NCBI RefSeq assembly: GCF_006345805.1
Contig: NC_043010.1
Coordinates: forward strand, 58,900,001 to 58,964,000
Length of the DNA stretch: 64,000 nucleotides
Reading direction: 5' to 3'
From: Octopus sinensis
Taxonomy: Eukaryota
The number at the start of each line of letters is the position of its first letter. Within the stretch, counting starts at the first letter, position 1. Shown piece after piece: positions 25,294 to 35,989 of this stretch. A model generated the notes under the pieces. The model was given only the letters and a program-made list of their open reading frames with translations, did not search any database and had not been told where the DNA came from. The position numbers and the translations under genes are program-made.

Positions 25294-27705
25294 CAGCAGG
25301 ACTGACTGAGGTCTTTTGTCAATGGTCGATGTGGTCCATTCACTTTGTGACTCATATTGAGGATAAAATTCGGCTTTAGTTTCGATCAACTGAGTATTCC
25401 TGGCCATCATATCGTTGGAACTCCTGTTTAGCGTGTCCGATTTCTTCGTGACGCATGTATAATGGCTTTTTTCTCGGTCGGAGTTGATTTCCGTGATATA
25501 CTGGTTGTTCCGGTTGTTGTTACATCTGACCACACACAGAGTTATGGACACTACGATCGCCACCGACACTATCACAGCAGATGTGACAATAACAATGACC
25601 CAAGTTAAGTTGATCATTTTATCAGACTTTAACTGGACGGTGGACAGTGCTGGAGATGTCTTGTTGCTAACGGTCAGTGTCAAAGAGACAGTTGTAGTGG
25701 CTGACAGAACAGGAGTGCCACTGTCTTTTACAGCAAACTCCAGTTGATAGGATCCAGCATCGTTTTGGTAAACTGTCCGAGAATATGATAAGACCCCTGT
25801 ATAAGGGTTCACCGCAAATAACTGTTTGATGTTTCCTTTGAGTATTTCATATCTGAGAAATGAATTCATATGACTGTCCCTGTCTGAAGCCCTTAAAATA
25901 GTGATCTCTTTTTTACTTTGGGGATGATAATGGACATCTAAACTGAAAGGGTCCGAACTAGGGAAGGTAAAATAAGGGGCATTATCATTCTCATCTAAAA
26001 CTTCTACAATCACATTGGCTGTGTTATTTAATGAAGGATTCCCGTTGTCTTTGACAAATACTTGGAACTTATAAACATTTTGTTGTTCTCTATCCAGTGG
26101 TATAGTGGTTGAGATAAAACCATAATCAGTTATCTGGAATGGTATCACATGTTTGCTGGTACTCAACAGAGAAAAAGTCAGTTGACCTCCAGCTCCCATA
26201 TCGGGGTCAGTAGCATTTATGAAACCAATGGGGAAGTTTGGTTTCCCATTTTCATAAGTCAGAAATTTAAAAGTATTTTTGTTAAACATTGGTTTAACAT
26301 CGTTAACGTCCATTACTTTGATGGAAAACTTCTTTAGAGTTTGTAAAGGAGGGGTTCCTTTGTCTTGGCAAGAAATGGTAATATCGTAGTGATCCCTTAT
26401 CTCTCTGTCAACAGGTTTTTTCAATGTCATTTTGTATTCATTAGGCCCCAAATCCAACAGCTGGAATTTAGCATGATGTAGGTCACACTTCACTTCACCA
26501 TTTTTGCCCATGTTATTATCACTCACACTAACATAAGCTATAAAACTATCGATATTGATTTTCTCTGAAATCTCCCCCACATTTCTGCTTAACTGAGACA
26601 CAAAATTAATATCAATAATTGGTGGATTATTTTCTATGTTTACCACCTGGATATATACTATTGCTGTTGAACTGAGAGGTGGGTCTCCATTGTCTCGGGC
26701 TTCTACTAACAATTTGTACGTCTTTTTATGTTTAGACGTAAAGTTTTTGCTCAAATAAATTGCACCCGAAGTTTCATTAAGATGAAAATATTCCCTAGCA
26801 ACTAATGAAGTTTCTGTACTGATCAGATATGTCAGCTGACCATTTTTACCAGAATCCAGGTCAGTTGCAGACAACACGATCAGGGGTCGGCATAGTTTAT
26901 GGATATTGTTCACTGAAGTGTTATAAATGTTTTTGGAGAAAAGAGGCAAGTTATCATTCTCGTCTGTCACCGATATTTGTACATTTAAGATGCTCTGCCT
27001 CAACTGGAATTTGCTGTTCTTGGCCACAACCTGAACCACATAACTAGCGTTCATTTCTCGGTCAAGTTTTTTATCCAAAACAATTCCTAACTTTGAACTT
27101 CCAGTCATTCTTTTAGTAACTGATAAAGAGAATGGTTCATTATTCTTCCTAAGTTCATATGTTATTCTGGAATTCTGAATGCTAACATCACGATCAATTG
27201 CACTGGGAACTGACCTCTCTACACCGTTTCGGTCATCTTCTGAAAACTGGATGTCAATTTTTTTCACTGGGAACTCGGGACGTTGGTCATTGATATCCTC
27301 AATGACGACTTTGACTTTTAATATTTTCATAAACGACCCCTCTTTACGGACAGCAATTTTGAGGATTTTGTAGCATTCCGTATTATACAAACACAGACTC
27401 TCGGCGTCTACAGTTTGTGTGGCGTAAAGTTTTCCCTCGTGGGTCACATTAAACAACTGGGCAGTGATGCTGTCTCGTGGCTTGAGCATGTCAAACGATA
27501 TCAGGCTGTGGTCCTTTGATGCAACGTTGCTTAGCAACCAGAGATCGGTAGCGATGTTTCCTATGTAGCTGTTGGGACTGTTCTCTTCTTCCAAATGGTA
27601 AGTGACATCAACGGACTGAGCCACCGGGAAGAGGAAGAAGAAGAAGAAGAAGGAGTAGAACAGAAGGAGTTCCAACCGCATCACCAGAGATTCAGGCCTC
27701 TTCAT
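25294..27705 (-). CDS. Pcdh: Protocadherin large coding exon (signal peptide, EC1-EC6, TM, proximal cytoplasmic domain); 804 codons, probably spliced to a downstream exon
   Basis: The 821-aa ORF 27705-25240 has a hydrophobic N-terminus and cadherin motifs (EE/DAE/DIND, DRD/LDRE/DENDN, VDRE/DVND, DPD/LDRE/DENDN, DRD/KDSG). EC1 carries the protocadherin-type C-x5-C pair (SLCLYNTEC), and there is a TM segment (WVIVIVTSAVIVSVAIVVSITLCVV). A CTG|GTAAGT donor falls exactly after codon 804, so the last 17 ORF residues are probably intronic. The symbol is family-level only. Confidence 0.95.
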
Positions 27706-27738
27706 CTCCTCAGCTCCTGCTCACCAGTGTTGACATTT

Positions 27739-27760
27739 CTGAAATGGGAAACATAAAGAC
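27739..27760 (-). other. 3' splice acceptor 33 nt upstream of the protocadherin ATG
   Basis: Minus strand reads CTTTATGTTTCCCATTTCAG|AAATGTCA, a pyrimidine tract plus CAG. An in-frame TGA lies between the acceptor and the ATG. Confidence 0.65.
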
Positions 27761-28314
27761 CATACTTTAGACAAGGAGACAGGCGTGGGACGTTCGCGCG
27801 TATTGTACGAGTGCATGTGCGCAAGTGTGGTGGTGGGGGGGTCTGTGAGCGCGCATGTTCCGGTGATTGTGTGCATATATGAGTGTGCTCGGACACATTT
27901 ATGTACTGAAGCAGATGTGTCTGTGTGAAGATGTGAAAATCTACATAAATGTGTGTGTGAGAGCGGAGGTAGGCCGTCATTTATCTCCAAGCAATTTCTG
28001 ATTGAAAACCTCTTCTGTTTAGATCTATGTTTAGAACTAAATATAATGTAGTTCATTTTTTAAGACATTGTGATATGATTTTTCTATGGAGATACAGGCG
28101 CTATTTTCTGGCAGGTGAAATGGGAACGTTGTACCATTTATATTATAGGAAAAATATGCCATTAGAGTGGTTCAGACGATGTAAAGATATGCAGTAGAGT
28201 CGTACAGTGATTGCCTCCCTTGCTTAAAGTTATTTCCCCTTGTAAGGTTATCTCCCTTGTATATTGATTATTCCAGCTTCCAAGTCGCCGATTGTTGAGT
28301 TTAATATCAAGTCG

Positions 28315-28507
28315 AAAGAAAAAAAATGGTCGCGAGCCGGCTGCATCGTTAGCCCGCGGGGCAATATGATTAGCAGTATTTCGTCCGTCATTGCCTTTCA
28401 TCCTTTCGGGGTCGATAAAATAAGTATCAGTCGAGTCCTGGGGTCGATGGAATGGACTTAGCCCCGTCCCCGAAATTGCTGGCCTTGTGCCAAAATTCGA
28501 AACCGTT
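28315..28507 (+). mobile_element. SINE of the GCCTTTCATCC family, monomeric with internal deletion
   Basis: GCCTTTCATCCTTTCGGGGTCGATAAAATAAGTA body and GCTGGCCTTGTGCCAAAATTCGAAACC tail. Confidence 0.85.
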
Positions 28508-29161
28508 CTCACTTAATCTGACACTACTAAGATTTATCTCTAATACAAGTTTGACTAACTGTACAAACGATCCCCACAGTACATTATTAAACGATATCCT
28601 CGGCCCCCGTCGTTTAAAAATTATTTTAATCTTGCTTCACCCGTTTCTGAAATCCCCCTCTTCACATCCATCAAAATATTCACAACTCCCTCTCGTTCAT
28701 CCATCTCCAAGTTGCTCATCTAATATTATTTTTCCTCATCTTTACCTGTCCGCCGCAATTAGCTTCATCCCCTCCTCCATATACCTTTCATATCTTTCTC
28801 ATCACTGAACCAAACCAATCGTATCTCTACATCTTTTTTCTGTTTAAACCCTGACTCTTCATCCCCTACTCTAGTCCAGGACCCAGTCGCATGTCAGATT
28901 AATTGACTGGCCACATCTCCTTTATTTGCATCATCTGAACCCTCTGATGCTGCACCGGATCGACTGTTAAGTGGAATAAGCTCGTGCTTAGTGCCTCAAT
29001 GCAAGCAGGGACACCACAGTAATGGGGAATGGTTTCCAGAACAAAAGAAACCACTTTCAGCTAAAATGATATTCAGAATGCTTCATGGCTACTAAATCTA
29101 GAAGCAGACATGTAATATATAATAATAATAACAATAATAATAATAATTATTATAATAATAA

Positions 29162-29725
29162 ATGCCCTGATGCAGTACCAGGCAGTGGCTCTCATGGCTT
29201 CTGATCTTAACTGATTGGAAGTGTTATCATGTACATTGTTTTGTCTTGGAATAAAAGATGGCCTACAGCAAATATTCTGCTCAATACCACAGATTTGCTT
29301 GTCAGTTGTTTGACTTTAACCAGTTGAGCAGGTCTCATGGTGGCTGACAATATGTGCATCTCTGATCATGAGCAGAAGTAGTGGGGGAGCATCATAGCCG
29401 TGTGTTGAGAGGGATTCTTTGGGGTTTGAATAATTCACCTCTGGAAACATGAGTGTTTTGTTCAACATCCTTAAACAACCCTTAATCAGGGACCGTTTGA
29501 GTGGGATGGGTTACCTGACCAGAAGAAAATTCTAACTGGGCCCCACCTGCAAGGTCATGCGCTGTTTACCTTGATACGAGATTACCATGTCATGCACATA
29601 TGGTTGTAATGCATGTGCCTGGTGTACCCTTATCAGACGGGTAGTCATGATGGGTAGATTGAGCTTTGTATATTTTACTCCAATATCACTTTGATGGCAT
29701 GCACTGCTCTCTCACTCAATAATAG
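29162..29725. mobile_element. Unclassified ~560-bp non-coding interspersed repeat embedded in (TAA)n
   Basis: Flanked on both sides by AAT repeats, with a second partial inverted copy at 15145-15436 and no long ORF. Confidence 0.7.
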
Positions 29726-29744
29726 TAATAATTATAATAATAAT

Positions 29745-29930
29745 GAAATTATTGTATACAGTGCTCAGGTGCACCACAACTCAGCAAAAGTGCATATAAA
29801 TCATATGCAGTAATGTACAAATGTCTGGGAAGGGAACAGTGTATGAGTCAGACACATGCTTGCCATGTGTATGGAGGGGAGAAAATCAGGTGTAGTGTTG
29901 GCGAATCTCAGGAAGCATAGAAGTTTTGAA
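29745..29930 (-). mobile_element. LINE-like 3' end with (ATT) tail (family uncertain, possibly L2/CR1 group); second copy at 32113-32265
   Basis: ATACAGTGCTCAGGTGCACCACAACT...CAGGTGTAGTGTTGGCGAA occurs at both positions. Confidence 0.6.
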
Positions 29931-30151
29931 AGTTTTTGTGTTACGTAAGATTAATTTTCAGGATCTAATCAAAGACTTTGTAATTAAAAAAAGTAGGAGA
30001 AAACTTTTGAAGTAAAATAAAGTGGAAGTAAATGAAAATAAACATTATTTTTCCCATTTTATTGTTAGTTTTGCTTCATTTTAAAAAATCAAAAAACAAA
30101 AAAATTATTTTATGGTTTGTTATTGTTTCTATTTTGAATTACATATATATA

Positions 30152-30231
<80 letters not shown>

Positions 30232-30633
30232 GGGCACCGAAATCTTTTATGTGCTTAGGACTTCTATGGGTCTTAATCCAGTCCTGCCCTAATGTCAGAT
30301 ACAGTTAAGAAAGTTGCCGGAAACCTCCAACCTATCGCTAAAACACACTCACCACCTCCGGCACGCATGCATGCTGTGTCCTCTCACTTTGTATTTTCTG
30401 TTGCCACCAGCAATGCGAAAGAAGTGACCCCATCCCACAGATTAAAGTAAGGGCATGCAGTGTAGCATAAAGATCAGAGATTCGTGTACCTTAAGAAAAT
30501 AGATGATCCCTTCATATATTATGAGGTCATGATGGGGCTGACCAAGACTGGACGATGGCTGGTACATATTGGTCAAGAGAGAGACAATTGTGTAGCAGAT
30601 TTATACATGCACTTTCGTATGGCCCTTTTTATA

Positions 30634-31147
30634 TCTATATATATAAAACTGTAGTTGTGTGAGTGTCTGTCCCCTTCGATTTAGATTCCTAACTACTCCC
30701 ACATTTTGCGGTGCAGTTTAACCAAATTCGGGTATCTTATAGTCGTGATTCATATCGAGCCCGTCTGGGTATTAGCGCGCGTCTACGATGAGTCTACGAT
30801 TTTAAAAATAATTTAACATCATTTTTTATTCCATTTTAATGCATATTTTTTCGTGTGTCGATGGCGGCGGAGTTGGCGTCGACGCTCACAGCTGCACCTG
30901 TGTTGCTTCTCCCCCTTCTTCCCTCCCTCGTGAAGCTGTGGGGAAGGGAGTGTAAGGAAATCAACGTCGTAAAGCGTTGTCAAGGAGACCAGCGTTCTTT
31001 TAGAACAACGACTTCATGGCTTGAAGACACCAAAACAGAAATGGCTAAGAAAGCCCGAATTGGCATCTATAAGGGAAGTAACTCTCTAAAAATGCTTATA
31101 TAGTTATTTCCCTTACAAATCCGAGCAACGCCGGGCGATACTGCTAG
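30634..31147 (+). mobile_element. Non-autonomous Helitron (514 bp), young
   Basis: A|TC 5' end (TCTATATATATAAAA), 3' hairpin CCGAGCAACGCCGGG followed by CTAG|T, no TSD, CpG-rich. Confidence 0.85.
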
Positions 31148-31453
31148 TGTATATATATAAATGGCATGTCGAGCTCTAATTACAGGGATCGCACCGCAAG
31201 AGATTCTCTTCTCCCCATTATCAGCAGGAGCCGGGTGCCGGCGTTGTTTGAAGAATATGTAAAATATAATCATGAGTGTTGCTCAAATTTGTTTTTCCCA
31301 TCAGCGAAGGCTGAGGCTCTTTGTCAATCACTAATTACAAAGATGGAACCCACAACAATCTACCTCGTTAATCAAATAACTGATGCTAAATCAACAAGAA
31401 AAGTGATCCCAGGACCTTTAAATAGTTACTGAGCAAATTCTCCATAGAAATAC

Positions 31454-31469
<16 letters not shown>

Positions 31470-31493
<24 letters not shown>

Positions 31494-31690
31494 ATGTATA
31501 TGTTTCTGTGTTTGTCCCCCACCACCACCATCACTTGACAACCGATGTTGGTGTGTTTACGTCCCCTTAGCTTAGCGCTTCGGCACTAGAGACTAGGCTT
31601 ACAAAAAATAAGTCCTGAGGTCGATTTTTTTTCAATTAAAGGTGGTGCTCCAGCATGGCCACAGTCAAATTACTGAAGCAAGTAAAAGAA
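31470..31690 (+). mobile_element. 3' half of the CORE-type SINE
   Basis: TTGACAACCGATGTTGGTGTGTTTAC...GGTGGTGCTCCAGCATGGCCACAGTCAAAT...AAGTAAAAGA. Confidence 0.8.
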
Positions 31691-31709
31691 TATGTGTATA
31701 TATATATAA

Positions 31710-32112
31710 TGCAATCAAGAAAACAGAGTGTCCAGGAATAAATATAGAGAAACGTCTGTTATTGAACACGTGTACAAATATAAGCAGAAAGAATACCAGT
31801 GGAACATTCTCATTAGAATATCTGTCAGATATAAGCATAACAGAGCGGATATTGTTGTTTGGGACAGACACGAAAATGTATGAACTGTGAAAGAGGTTAG
31901 CTGCCCTACTCATGATTAATATCACTCTGAAAAATCAAGCAGAAACTGTGGACAGCTGTTTCAAAGCTTTCAGATTCTGTATCCAGATTATAAACCCACA
32001 TTTATACCAGTAATAATTTGTGCACTTGATTCTGTGGGTAAATGCCTAAGTGACGATCTGGATAAGCTAGGCTTTTCAGGAAAAGATATCAGCCAAATGA
32101 CTCACATCTTAC
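31710..32112 (+). mobile_element. R4/Dong-type RLE fragment (same family as 56860-57750)
   Basis: Frameshifted translation KHNRADIVVWDR...EVSCP...ILYPDYKPTFIPVII.AL...DLDKLGFS. Confidence 0.8.
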
Positions 32113-33959
32113 AAATACAGTGCTCAGGTGCACCACAACTTGTCAAAAGTGCGTATAAAGCATATGCATTAATGTACAAGTGTCTGGGAAATGAAAAGTG
32201 TATGAGTCAGATGCATGCTCGCGTGTGTATGGAGAGGAGAAAGTCAGGTGTAGTGTTGGCGAACAGTAAAAATATGCAAAATTTTTCTCAAGTTTAAAAT
32301 GTGCTTTTGTTATCTCCATTCCAATGGTGGAGTTTTGTATTTTTGTTACAAAGCAGCTCCTTCCTCAGACGAAGAATTTAAATAATCAAAAACAGAAGAG
32401 AACACGTGCACACATAGATCTGGAGAGATACACGGATATACACACGTGTGTGTGTGTGTGTGTTTACATACAGATACACCATATACAGCCCCTCCTCCCC
32501 AGACACTGGTTCTAGGTGATCGATCATGCTCAAGGAAAAACCCGAACCTCCAATTTAGTACCAAGACTGTTTCAGCTAAAACCTTCACAAGGTGAGCCTG
32601 TTCCTACCGAATTAGAGCGATCTAGGGGAACATACAGCAAGAAATAGCCAAAGTTCCCAGCATGAGGACTTACGATGTCAACAGGTGAACTGGTGGAAAG
32701 GACAATACCAGACAGACTGGCTATGAAGGTACAGCCCTAGCGTTATCTACATTGATGGCTATCTATTGCAGTCTCGCTGCCTCAGCCTGTATGTCACAAT
32801 TCCCATCCACCACAGAAGATGTCTTGGAGACTTCAGTGCGTAGAGAGATATAAACAGTTCCAATCAGCTGACAACCAACTCAGAGATAAAACTTGGAAAG
32901 AACGGGAAACGGTGTCAACATGTAAGGGAGATAACTGTTGTTGTACTGACGCGATAATATTTAATGCGTGTGTGCAGTAGCTTTGCGTACGTTTATGCGT
33001 GTATTGTGTATGTGCTTCTGTATGTTTGTGTGTGTGTGTGTGCATATGTCTATGCGTTTATGTGTAAGTACATAGTCCAGTGTAATATTTTTAAAGACTG
33101 AACTGTGTGAGTCAGTAGAGCATCCAGTTACAAGCCCTGTGTCCATATTTGTTCCGGCTACTCAGGTTGTGAGTTCAAGCCCTACCCAGGTCAACTTTAC
33201 CCTTCATCCTCACGGGGTTCTTAAATAAAGGGTATTGATTGGACAGAAATGTGAGAGTAATCCCTGAGATGACACTGGTACCAAGCTGTCAAGACAGGTG
33301 ACTTCCATATATGGGTAACAAAATGGTCTTGAACCTAGTCAAGGCCTGTGTCATGGGAAAGAAGTATCCAGCTACGGATCTAAGACCCCACGGGGAATAT
33401 ATACAGGGCTTGGGTTTGAACACTCGTAACGTTGGTCCCATCTACTTTCTGCTCAAACGGTGTAGTGGCATGTTTAAGACATTCACTTTGCAGCCACTTG
33501 GTTCTAGGTTCGATTCCTCTGTAAGGCACCTTGGGCCAGTGTTTTGCCTCATAACCTCGACTGAAGTGACCGGTGGTGTTCTGTTATAAACCTGTACCTA
33601 ACGACGCTAATGTTCACCATTTGGGATTGTATAAATAAATAGGTCACTGGTCAAAGCATCCAGATGGCCATTTGGTATGGCAGATGGATGGAATGGGGCT
33701 CAGCCTTAGGTCAGATCTGATCTAGAAAACTTCAGATCGATAATATTCTAACCATGGCCATCACTCGTATTAGGAGTGTAAAAAAAATGAGGCTCCGTAG
33801 ACTTTCCTGTTGCAGAAGGTTCATGGATTGGTTGAGGTTCTTTGAACTTTGCTGCCCCTTAAACGTTGCAGCTAGATTTTCAGTCCCCAACAAGATTGAT
33901 AAAATAATGATATAGGGTTTGATTTTCATCAATATTCATCTGATCTTGGGGAATCGTTT

Positions 33960-34335
33960 GTATGTTGGACAAAATGCTTAGCGGTATTTTGTCTGCTGCT
34001 ACGTTCTGAGTTCAAATTCTACCAAGGTCGACTTTGCCTTTCATCCTTTCAAGGTCGATTAAATAAGTACCAGTTATGCACTGGGGGCAATATAATCGAC
34101 TTAATCCGTTTGTCTGTCCTTGTTTGTCCTCTCTGTGTTTAGCCCCTTGTGGGTAGTAAAGAAATAGGTATTTCGTCTGTCTTTACGTTCTGAGTTCAAA
34201 TTCCGTCTAGATCACCTTTAACTTTCATCCTTTCGAGGTCAATAAAATAAATACCAGTTCTGTACTGGGGTTGGTGCAATTGACTTAACCACTGCCTCAA
34301 AATTACTGGTCTTGTGTCAAAATTTGAAACCAATA
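33960..34335 (+). mobile_element. Dimeric SINE (GCCTTTCATCC family), 5'-truncated
   Basis: Two TTCTGAGTTCAAATTC B-boxes, each followed by the CCTTTCATCCTTTC body. Confidence 0.88.
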
Positions 34336-35423
34336 TGCGTCTGTTCTGGAACCAATCAATTTGATAATTAAATAGCAGATGGTAGGACATTTTTTCCAAG
34401 AACCAGAGGACACTGTCCACTCTCTGATGCCATTATCGTGGATTCCTTTGCCACAAGACATGCTTTTGTGTCATTCCTGAAGGTTCTACCATTTTATTAG
34501 CAAAATCAATAATCATTTGCTAATATCCAATGCTATCAATTAATTAGTCTTCTATCAATTATCTTTTAACCCACTGGTGCCAGCGGCTCTGGAAAATTCA
34601 CCATAAACATTTTTGCTATAAGAAAATTTACCTCAAGAAATTTCACCATAAAAGAGTCCCACAAGCAAAATGTAAACTAGAAAACAGATTTTCAAGAAAT
34701 TACCTTTCTCTAATTGACGAAGTTGTCATTTTAAGAAAACTACTAATCTTTTTCTTTTTTTTTTTCTGTAATTTATTTCTTTTTACGGAGAATTTTCCAA
34801 AAATGTCTATGACGAAATTTCCTATAACCAGTGCTTGTGGCCCTTTTAAGGAGAAAAAGGATTCTTTTGAGACAACTAAGGAGACAAACTAGGGAAAGCT
34901 ATATTGTTGGGAAAAGCCGATTGCTCCATGAAACAATCTGCCAAGTTACCATATTCAGACATTACTGGCATTGGCCCCTTCTCTTGTCTCCCCTACTTTT
35001 CCTCTTTATGTATGCGTGTATGCATGCGGGTGAGTACATGAGTGTGTGTGCGTGTGTGGTGTATGTGCTTTGTGGCATTGGCAAACGTCTTCAGGTCACT
35101 CGACCTCAATTGCTGGAGGCATTCTTTTATCAGCTTCAACAACTGCTGGGATGATAACTCTGCAGTCAGTCTTCGGTGTGTTGTACATAAACAATCAGCT
35201 CAGATCTGTGGTTAATGGTCACCTGTAACGCTTTAGGTGCCGAAAAGTTTCCTATCAAGTCAAAAGTTGGCAATGATTCCTGCCTTCCTTTCTCTCCTTG
35301 TAAGTTACTGTGATCACAAAGAAGAGGAAAATATTAAAATGCACAACAGCCAACAGACAAGCTGGTCTGGCACCCACACCATTGTCCTTCTATGGAACTG
35401 GTATGGGCAACAAAACTTTTTAA

Positions 35424-35644
35424 CCCTTTCGTTACTGTATTTATTTTGAGATGCTCTGTGTTTCTTTCAATTACTTTTAAATATAACAAAGAATTTAGTA
35501 AAATAACTTACTCGTCATTAAGTTAGTGTTAGGAACATAAATTTTGACTAAGGTTTGGTGGAAGATTTTAATTCAAAACTTATGTAAACAAGACATTTGT
35601 ACTCAGAGCCAGAGCCAGTTTCAGCTGGGTTGGTAACGAAAGGG
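35424..35644. mobile_element. piggyBac-type MITE (221 bp)
   Basis: TTAA|CCCTTTCGTTAC ... GTAACGAAAGGG|TTGA: perfect 12-bp TIRs, with the TTAA target mutated on the right. Confidence 0.85.
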
Positions 35645-35989
35645 TTGAGGAAACCCTACAGACGTTCTGTGATGAGTGTATTAAAAACTTTAGATTGATC
35701 CTCAAATAGTGATTGACTAAAGATATTTCATTGGTCCACAAATGTGATGAAGTGGTTCTGATGCTGTTCTCCATATGTCTCCTGAAAGTGTTTTTGTGGT
35801 GACATTCATGTTTACAGCGCCTCGGTCCCTACAGAAGCCACTCTTTGACTCTGAGACTGATCGAACCCATTCCATTGGAGACACTATAGATTCCAGTGAC
35901 TAAACTCTGGAAGTGGCAGATTATAATCTCAGATAAACTTTGGTGGCCTTTGAAAGGCACAAATAGAGGATCTGGCAAGATTTCTGCCT

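Noticed and set aside
25484-27373. Plus-strand ORFs overlapping the protocadherin
   Set aside because: Short antisense shadow frames with no independent features.
27780-27970. Vertebrate-style CSE/CTCF site upstream of the protocadherin
   Set aside because: No adequate match to the CCACCAGGGGGCGC-type consensus was found by eye; the patch is reported only as CpG-rich.
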